A program made the position numbers and the translations under genes. Shown one piece after another: positions 55,293 through 64,000 of a stretch of DNA of 64,000 nucleotides. How positions within the stretch are numbered: the stretch's first letter is position 1; the number at the start of each line of letters is the position of its first letter. Below the pieces are notes generated by a model. That model searched no databases, was not told the origin of the DNA, and saw only the letters and a program-made list of their open reading frames with translations. The DNA is from Spironucleus salmonicida. Its lineage: Eukaryota. The stretch lies in the NCBI RefSeq assembly GCF_000497125.1, contig NC_090597.1, positions 1,561,797 through 1,625,796 of the forward strand, given 5' to 3'.

Positions 55293-55553
55293 ATGGAACG
55301 AACTATAAATCACCATGAAAGCATTACTTATTAAGATGTAGATATAGTATAAGTCGATTTCTTATAGTAAGAGATATTTAAAACTTATACAAAGAATTTA
55401 TCTTTTAAAAATTCAATAAACAGAAATTTTAACTCCACAAAACTACTTCTTTCACGTCCCCCTAATTACAAGCTACCAATATTAGACGAGCTATATTTGC
55501 TACGAAATTGTAAATCACCTGGGAGAAAAATGTTATACTCAAGATTTCAGTGA
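55293..55553 (+). CDS. Small hypothetical protein, 86 aa
   Basis: MERTINHHESITY...MLYSRFQ*, ending CAG TGA (AGTGA). Confidence 0.45.
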
Positions 55554-55562
55554 AGCAAAAAA

Positions 55563-56543
55563 TCATTAAATTATTTTTTTTGCTTGACCAAAATAACGGT
55601 TTACAAACCCCGATGTCTTAATAAATATATCTTCATCGGCATCAATAGGATAATATTTAACAACTTCTAAATCTTTAAGTAACTCCTAGTGCTTTTTACT
55701 TTCTTCAACACGAGCTGACATTTGCTCTCTTTTTAAGGAGCATTTATGCTCAAAATCTTTTATACCTTGATTTATTTGTATTATTACTTTATTTAACATA
55801 TCTTAATCAATTTTATAGTTATCAACATCTAAATCATTCATATTTAACTTTAAAATATATTTGCATATAATAAATTTAGCTTATTGCTCAATATTGTCAG
55901 TCTTATCAACACAAATGTCTTAATAAACTGTATTATCATATTTAATTTCAATATCTGATGATTCAGGCGTTTTTAATAACTTTAATTACTGGTGCAAATA
56001 ATCAGTAAAAGGTAAATATAAATTACTATATGTATAATTATTCTCTTAATTTTTCGTAATTTTATCAAATCTACCATTTAATTATAAAAGTGTTACAAGA
56101 TCCTTTTATTTTTTATTTTCACGCTTAGAAAATATTTATACTTAATTTAATCCTAGTTTTAGCTCATTGAGATCAATAATTTATTCAGAAGATGCCTGAA
56201 CTGATGTTAAGGAAAGTTAGAAAGGAATTTCATTGTCAGATTTCACACATATGATAACAGGTACGAAAACCTATTCACTGTTGATGACGATAGGCTCAGT
56301 TTAACCGAAGAAATATATGTTTTTCTTTTCTTTTAACAGATTTTCTTTCTCAATATCTTAGGTTAACTTAGGAAAAATCCAAGCATACTAGAATATTTCT
56401 TTAATGTTATAAGGCTCAGTTCCAATAAAGAAGATATTCCTAAGAATTTATTAAGCTGGATCTTATTTTTAAACTAATGATTTGATATTTTTAGGTACTG
56501 TTGTTGGCTTCTAAACTGGCTCTGTCTAGAATCCAAAGCCCAT
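55563..56543 (-). CDS. HEAT INTOLERANT 4 (HIT4)-like protein, 326 aa
   Basis: FFIGTE...YAWIFPKL, IYFFGQTEP, VPVIICV, TSVQ...EQII, VKYYP and GFVNRYFGQA are colinear with remembered plant HIT4 motifs. Confidence 0.7.
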
Positions 56544-56668
56544 GAATAAGAAGTGGTATCTAATTTTTATTTTAGATATAATATTGAAATACTTAAAATC
56601 AGGATTAAATAAATAGTATTATATATAATAATTAGATTTATAGAAAACCCGCCAACCTTTCATTAGTA

Positions 56669-57955
56669 ATGGAGAATATCAATATTCCTTAATTGGAAAA
56701 CTGGTGGCTTGGTGATTCATCCTATCATTTGAATCCTCCCATAGAATCTAGGCCAATAGTTACTAAAAATGCTCCAGATTCTTTAGATTAAAATAACCCG
56801 TTTTAAATTATTGATAAACCTGAACCTTTGTATGTTTCAAAAGATCTTTCTGCACATTTAAAAGCTATAGTGTCTGATCCCACACTATTTGAAAATTTAT
56901 TCACTGAGGTAGAGAATATTAACACTGAAATTATCAAATAACCAGTTAATTCTCACTATGACCCAAATTTAGAGCATTCGGCAGCAGAAACGGATGAATC
57001 ATTTAATTTAAATATAGAAACAGAAAATCCTGAACTTTGCGATGAAATAGAAACACATTTAGCATACTTAAAGTCACGCCTTTCTAGATTGAACACTTTT
57101 TCAAAAGATTCAATTAAGCAACAAAACGAGCTCAACAAGAAAAAGGTAAAACGAGAGTTCGTATTTCACCATCAACCAAAGGCAACTAATTATTCAACCA
57201 TTTAAATGGTTGATTTTGTAGGTAATTTAAATGAGCGTTGTATTCAAGCTATTGAGGCTAGAGAGTTTATTTCATTATATGAGCTAGAGCAAAAAAAGAT
57301 TCCCTGCGATAAAATTCATGAAAGACAATGTGGAGGTTTGCATACATAGTGTATAAAGCGCAACTTGGCGCCCCCAAGAAAGAATGGAAAATTAAAAGAA
57401 AAGTCAATTCCTAGAAGCGTAATCAACAAAATTGTGGGTGATGGTGTTGAAATGTAAATTGTTAGTTATTAAAAACCAAACTTTGCTCAAGATTTCAACT
57501 ACAATAAAAATGCTCATCCATAAGACTCTATAATTCGAAATGTTAACCAAGTATAATTAGGTCATTTTGATGATAGGATCCCTATAATAAAGAAAAAGTA
57601 AATTAAGAGACCAGAAACTGTCTAATTTGTCACATATAAATCTATAGACGACGAAAGAAAGGATATTACAGAACTTAAATTAAATAGCAAAGACGAAAAT
57701 GACGTTTTAGAGGCGACCGCTCAGATGCTTGCATAACTTAAAACGGATGAAAGACATCTTGTCACCCTTATGACCGACTATAAGGATGAATTTTAGAGAG
57801 AACCCGCGGAAGGATGGTACGAGCGTAAAGATGGAGGGTTTGGTGCAGAGATGAAACAAGCCAATATTCGAGCTGAGATGTTCAGATTGGCCGATTAAAT
57901 GGGTGTTGACATACGCGATTTGGGAAATATTCAATCTGTTGACGCAGGATGTTGA
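56669..57955 (+). CDS. Hypothetical protein, 428 aa
   Basis: MENINIPQLENWWLG...IQSVDAGC*. Confidence 0.7.
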
Positions 57956-57983
57956 TTTTAGTGATATATTTTAAATTAAATCA

Positions 57984-58610
57984 TCATTCCTACATTTTAA
58001 AAATCTTTTCCGCAATTGATATGGCCTACAAAAAATCGAATTCTTTATAATCGGTAAGCCAAAATTAAATCTAATTTCTTTCATCCCTAATTGCTCTTTT
58101 ACTAATTTTTTAACTAACTTCTAAGTATTACTCCGGTGACCAGTTTTCTTCCCAGTTTTCATAAAATTCTTCGATTTTTTTAACTAAAAATTATGTGATT
58201 TTGTGAGACTAGAAATTAAAAACCTACTCTCGAATTAGTTGTTTGAACCCATTCTATATACTCCAAGTTTTAAAAATTGCATGAGGCTAGTTCTTTTTGT
58301 AAAGTGAAAAATCTACTGGGAAAACGACAAATTTTGGGAGTGAATTAGCAAACTTATTTGGTTAATTTTGAATTTTTAAAAGACGAAATTTAGAGTGAAT
58401 TCCTTATTTCTTAGCATGTAGCAATTTAATTTCTGAGTAGTAGATATTGTCTCTAGGTAGGAATCCAAGTTCTATTTTAAAGTTCGGTTTTTTAGTAAAA
58501 ATATAAGTTGATATAGTAGAATATAAAGTCTTAGAAAGATTTTTGGAACCCGATGATGGTAGGGGAAGAAGTAGGGCTGAACGTCGTTGCAATGATGTAA
58601 AGTAGTCCAT
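57984..58610 (-). CDS. Hypothetical protein, 208 aa
   Basis: MDYFTSLQRRSALLLPLP..., in frame with tandem TGA TGA at 57981-57986. Confidence 0.6.
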
Positions 58611-58652
58611 TTAAAAAATTAGTGATGCAGTATATAATATAAAATAAAATGC

Positions 58653-59219
58653 TCATTTCAAAAATGGTGTAAGCAATTCGACAGTTTACTTCAAAACTAA
58701 ATCTTTATTACCGTTACCATCTATTCTGATAAGTTTACTCTCTTATTCAAATAATTAAACTACCTTCGTTGTCTCACTATTGTAGTTATCAATTCTGATC
58801 TTACAGGTAGCATCATTATCATCAATTCTGCCTTAGCCTCTACCTTTAATCCTTTCATAGCATTTATCATCATTACATAGCAATTCAATTAATTATACAT
58901 TGGTTACTGGTAGTTACTCAGCAAAACATTTAAATTAAGGCATTTCACGAGGAAAACCGTCAATAAGAAAGCCTTTAGATATAGAATCTTCATTCATAGC
59001 ATTTTTAAGCAATGTAACAGTTATATCAGCTGGCACAATTTTTCCAGAGGCTATATAGTTAAGAATTAAGTCTTTATGTGGTGATTAGTCACGTTTTTAC
59101 TCTGCTCTCAACAAATCACCCGCAGAAAGATGCTTCAATTAAAAATGATCCGAAATCTTTTCACAAACAGTTCCCTTACCAGAACCGGGTTTCCCGAGAA
59201 TAAAGAAGATAGGACGCAT
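58653..59219 (-). CDS. UMP-CMP kinase (adenylate kinase family), 188 aa
   Basis: FILGKPGSGKGT, HLSAGDLLRAE, GKIVP, FLIDGFPR and RIDDN (short LID). Confidence 0.9.
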
Positions 59220-59530
59220 CCTGATAGTCAAAAAAGAAGTGGAAAAACGATTATATTCATAAAATAGTATATTATTAATTATTAAATAAATACAGAAAAG
59301 CAAACAAATTTATTATTTAATACTAACTATAATAACCTAATTTTAAGTTAGTAGATTATTACAGTAGTTAATGTTTACTATTATTTAGTAACAACTATGG
59401 TAATATTATTACTTATTAGATACACTAAAAATACATATTTATAACAATAACTAAATAAAATTAAGAATATCAATTAATAGTACTATAATAGTACTATAAT
59501 AGTACAGGAAGTACATAGAAATATTAGCAA

Positions 59531-59734
59531 ATGGGAGTATGCTTTGGGACGTTGGATACCACAAGCTCAGCTACTTTCAGCTAAGTTGATTATTTCAAAT
59601 ATTTAGTTAGTACGGGAGATGAATAAAGCAGTATAAATTCAAAGACATAGGTCATAACAACATATAGTGATGGTGATGAAGTAGTTGATCAAAGTGAACT
59701 ATTTCAGCAATTATTGCTATCTTTTCATTTATGA
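59531..59734 (+). CDS. 67-aa acidic MGVC microprotein, paralog of 35112-35315
   Basis: MGVCFGTLDTTSSATFSQVDYFKYLVSTGDEQSSINSKTQVITTYSDGDEVVDQSELFQQLLLSFHL*. Confidence 0.7.
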
Positions 59735-59992
59735 CTATGGAATCTAGTAGTAATAAATTGTTCACAAATAGTGAATACTTTTTTGAAATTACTGTTTTTC
59801 AGATTTATTAAAAATACATAGTAAGGTTGAGATTATCCTTATCATATAAAGTTATAAACTTAAAGATAACCCTCCTCTATTAAAAATAATAATATTTGTA
59901 TAATTTTATTAATTTTGACAAATCAAGTATATTATATATAAATTATTATAGAAACACCCACTTCAATTTGACATTTCCACTCCATTTGATAA

Positions 59993-60619
59993 ATGGGTAG
60001 AAGACCAGCACGCTGCACTCGTTATATGTCCCCCAAGCCTTATCCTAAGTCCCGCTATTGCCGTGGTGTACCTGATGCTAAGATTAGATTCTTTGATCTC
60101 GGTAACAAGCGTGCTAGCGTAGATGAATTCCCTAATGTTCTCCACCTCCTCTCTGGTGAAAAGGAATAAGTTTCATCTGAAGCTTTAGAAGCTTGCCGTA
60201 TCGCTTGCAACAAATTTATCACCAAGAATTCTGGTAAGGATTCTTTCCACATGAGAATTCGTGTCCACCCTTTCAATATCATCCGTTAAAAGAAGATGCT
60301 CACCTGTGCCGGTGCTGATAGACTCCAAACTGGTATGAGACATGCTTTCGGTAAGCCTGCTGGTTCCGTTGCTCGTGTTCAGATCAACCAGCCTCTGATA
60401 TCCATCCGTTGCAGAAAGAACGCCGTAAGTTCAGTTAGAGAAGCTCTCAGACGTGCAATGTACAAGATCTCCGGTCGTTAAGAAATAGTTGAGACTACTA
60501 ACTTTGGTTTTACCCACTTCTCTAAGGAAGAGTATGAACTGCTCAAGTCTGAAGGTAAGCTTAAATATGAAGGTAATTATGCTAGACTTATGCCTACCAA
60601 GGGTCCCCTTGTTATCTGA
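59993..60619 (+). CDS. RPL10: 60S ribosomal protein L10 (uL16), 208 aa
   Basis: [31 protein letters not shown] and [19 protein letters not shown] occurs at the conserved Gln positions 60167 and 60479. Confidence 0.98.
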
Positions 60620-60644
60620 TCTTTAATATTTGTCTATATTTAAA

Positions 60645-62516
60645 TCATTCACTGAATAAATTTTTCATTATCTCTAAAAGCTTCTGAATGTATTCTGAGT
60701 CATTTACCTTAACATCTACCAGTTCATCACACAAATATATTCCATTATCACTTAATGAATTCAGTTTATGTATATAGTATAATTCTTCTTCTTTTAATAT
60801 CAATTCACAAGGTTTCAGAGTATCTAATATAACAAATAATTCACCTAATTACTATTATAATGACTATACCATATTCTATGCTATTTCCGTCTCGCTCTTA
60901 ATTATAGCCTTTTTTGCTTTTATTTATTATTAAAATATCATAATATTTTACAATATCCCAAAAATACAATGCTGGGCCAAAAATAGCAAAAATTGATATA
61001 AATCATCAGAGTAAGATACTATCATCTATTTAGCTATTTTATCTTATTATTTAGTATTAATATTGAGGGTTAACGCATCAGTCTCAGCTGAAAATTATGT
61101 TTCTTTAGCCAGCGAGTTTTTAATTATATTCTGCAATGAACTATCTTTATTATCAGAAAATGAAGAATTTTCTGATAAGTTTTCTTTCTTTCTACCTTCC
61201 ATAGTTAACATATTTTATTTTATTTTTTTAATGGATAAATTGAGTAACTATGAACAAACTGCATAATTAATTCTTGATAAGATAGCCAAATTTAACACTA
61301 AAACACGATCTATTTAAATAAATTTCGAGTTAAAAATAATAGGCATTTCTTACAAAATAAGTGATTCAAAGAAAACGTAAAATGCATCTCTGATACTTGG
61401 TCCAAGGAGGCAAAGTAAAATGCATACTTCGAAAATTTAAATATAAATATCTGATTATGTTAACGCATTTAATGTAATTAAATGAGATTTTAACTTTAAA
61501 ACAATACCATTTTATATTAATTTTACGCAAATTCTAATATTTTCATCCTAAACATTGTTATCAAAACTAATTCCTTCGATTTTTGGTATAATTCCGCGAT
61601 CAAGATTATCCCAAACTTAGTGTAAATGCTCACTAACATCGAAATCTTCCTTAAAACTACGCTAAATGGTATTTTTTAACCGTTGTAAAATCTAAATATC
61701 AATCTTGTCGCTTGGTACACATAACCCACTAATGATTTCTGCACAACACCGGTCTGCTTTATTGTTTCGATCTTCAAATTCACCTAGACGTTTATAAATT
61801 GGATTATCACCCCAAACTCGATTTTTCTTCTCTCTATTTAATGGTACTTGAATTTCTGAAAATTTATATCTTTTAAGAACAGAAGTAACTGATGAAATTT
61901 CTGAACCTGGTATATTAGCTATAGGAATAGAGTCTGATAACCGGGCGTTTGATATAGAAGCTGCTGCAGAAGATCTTGCCAGAGAATCTGTAAGGAATGG
62001 TGTTTTTTCGCTACTCAAAGACGAAAATGATGGTGGTAAAAAATTTAATATATCAATAGTTCTAGGATTAAATTAAGTAAGCGGTAAACTTCTCATCTTA
62101 GCTGTTGTGGCTAATTTTTAATGTAAAGTTTTTTATGGGTGATGTTTTGGCTAATATTCATCTAAAACTAATACACCTAAAGATTATAATCGTGAACACA
62201 TTTTCTATGGTTAAAATCCAGCCTCAATATGAGTTAATGTTAGATCCGTATTCTAACCTAATGTTATAGTAGAGGCTCCATTTTACATTTTGCCTTACCA
62301 TGTTTAATCGAATTAATTTGCATTTTCAGAGTGCAAAATCACTGGAATAGATTACTTCATATCATATGTTCGTGTTCCTCTATTTGGAGATCTTACTGGA
62401 GCAGCATTTGGGCACCATGAATTTTTAGTTTCTAACACAAATTTTCTTGAAGGAGAGGCGGCTTGCTATTAGATTATAAGTTGCTTAGCTTCAGATATTT
62501 TTATTGATTTTCGCAT
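60645..62516 (-). CDS. Hypothetical protein, 623 aa (disordered N-half, helical C-half)
   Basis: MRKSIKISEAKQLII..., start and stop in frame with the track fragment 61692-62018. Confidence 0.7.
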
Positions 62517-62626
62517 TTTGATAAAATATTTAATTTTAATATAATATAGTATTATAATTGGAAAATTGATAAATAACAAAAATAATGTAAATATGTTATA
62601 TTGTATTATATTATATAATTGGATAT

Positions 62627-63871
62627 ATGCCATTTCAGTAGATGATAGATTTATAGTTTTGCTAATCTTTTGGATAAGAAAAAGATTAAACAGATTAAGA
62701 ATAAATTTCTTCATTAAAATTTTCAGATTAATATTTAGCTGTAGGTGATTAAGGCGGTAGAGTAATATTGTTCACATATAAAACTTAACATTAATCTCCC
62801 ATTTTAAAAAATGATATTTATTGTCCATCCGCATCCATGGTACCTAAATTTGAATTTTAAGCTCATAATAAAGAATTCGATCCTATAAGATCATGTGAAA
62901 TCCGTAGTAAGGTAATTGAAATGGAGTTCGTTCGTGATAATATATTACTCACAGCTAATGAAAAAGAAGTAAAAATGTGGAAATTAGGTCAAAAGTAAGT
63001 ATGGTCTAAGGGAGATAGTGAATTTCCAATAAAATCAGGGGTAAAAGTAACATCAACTTTAAAGAAAACATTTAATAGTATTCAGAATTATCATATTAAT
63101 AGTATTCATGCATAGAACGATATTTTTCTTATCGCTGATGATTTTAGTATAAAGTAATACTCCATTGAGAACATACATGAATCACTCCTCATATGCAATA
63201 TAATTCCTACGAATATGGAATCTATTTTAGAAACGATAAAAGTGGCTTAATTTAATGATTAATCAGATAATATAATTAATTACGGAACTGATTTAGGTAA
63301 TATTCATATTTTGGATAAAAGATAAACATAACAGGGGTCTTCAACTAGTTTTGGAGTGGACAGTTCAGTTTTTGACCTCAAATCTCACAACGATAATCTG
63401 TATATAAGAACACTAAATGATATGTATATATATGATGTGAGAAATACATCATAACCTCTACTAGAACTTCCACTTTTCAGAGCTATTTATACAGGAAAGC
63501 CATAGACAAACTTTAAAATTGCACTCAAAGACGACGTTTTTGCTACTGGATTTTATGGTTAGTGTGTCACTATAGGAAATGCAAATGATGCTTATCAGTT
63601 TAAAGCCACACGTTAACTGAAGCGCAGTAAATCTGACTTCTGTAGTTGTGTAGGAGGGTTTTAGATTCTTAAAGATGGTATTTCTACCACTGATTAAACA
63701 TATAATAATGATTTTATTGGTGTAGCAAGTTGTTTCGATTTCTCAGATGAACTGCTTAGTGTAAGTATTGGTGGAAATCTGTACTTGTATGGTTGGGCTG
63801 ATTAAAAGGATAGTTATACGAGAGATCAAACTGGCAGTAATGAAGAAGGTGTGAAATATATTTCTGAGTGA
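62627..63871 (+). CDS. PP2A regulatory subunit B55 (Cdc55/PR55)-like WD40 protein, 414 aa
   Basis: FCQSFG, YLAVGDQGGRVILF, FQAHNKEFDPIRSCEI, LLTANEKEVKMWKL, YHINSI and ADDF. Alternative ATG at 62642. Confidence 0.85.
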
Positions 63872-63879
63872 CGAAACCT

Positions 63880-64000
63880 TCACTTTAAATAAAGGTCCAC
63901 AACCTGCTCGTAGCTAATTTTTTCAAAATGCGCAGCGAGTTTTCCACTTTTGATTAGCTATTCTGCGTACATTTATGCTTCATCGATTGTTAGTTTTGGC
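63880..64000 (-). CDS. 3' end of a gene continuing beyond the window
   Basis: ...PKLTIDEAQMYAEQLIKSGKLAAHFEKISYEQVVDLYLK*, ending AAG TGA. Confidence 0.55.

Noticed and set aside
59478-59505. Short tandem repeat TAGTACTATAA x2.5 upstream of the microprotein
   Set aside because: It is too short and AT-rich, is not seen upstream of the paralog, and is not a CRISPR or satellite.
17-62748. Standard-code ORF track as gene models; apparent widespread pseudogenisation
   Set aside because: TAA/TAG are sense codons here. Most listed ORFs are fragments of longer genes or shadow frames.
1-64000. tRNA, rRNA, spliceosomal introns, CRISPR arrays, cysteine-rich surface protein genes
   Set aside because: None were recognisable by eye. 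tRNAscan-SE, Infernal and spliced read mapping would be needed to exclude small ones.

Overview
This is a very AT-rich, gene-dense and apparently intronless eukaryotic window that uses the ciliate/hexamitid nuclear code: TAA and TAG encode Gln and only TGA is a stop. The supplied standard-code ORF track therefore fragments almost every gene. Re-reading with that code gives about 45 tightly packed genes, many ending in AGTGA/AATGA. This is typical of a Hexamitinae diplomonad, most consistent with Spironucleus (inferred, not verified). Recognisable genes are 2x SAMHD1-like dNTPase, a HELQ-like helicase, a CHL1/DDX11 helicase, SRP receptor beta, an SDR, 2x endonuclease IV, a Vps11-like RING protein, primase large subunit, Hip/ST13, TBCD, CFAP99, an aldo-keto reductase, a PZP/PHD protein, a membrane thioredoxin, an ankyrin protein, a HIT4-like protein, UMP-CMP kinase, RPL10 and PP2A B55. 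The most striking structure is two old, diverged paralog pairs (SAMHD1 and EndoIV). Each pair shares a sharply bounded, near-identical, GC-rich internal core of about 0.4-0.5 kb, in inverted orientation, and the pairs are interlaced along the chromosome. This suggests ongoing gene conversion and possibly inversion that swaps protein termini. Also found are a pair of unannotated 67-aa MGVC microproteins and repeated local GC peaks with C-to-G strand-skew flips. All coordinates and family calls were made by eye; frames of the longer hypothetical ORFs were spot-checked rather than read in full.
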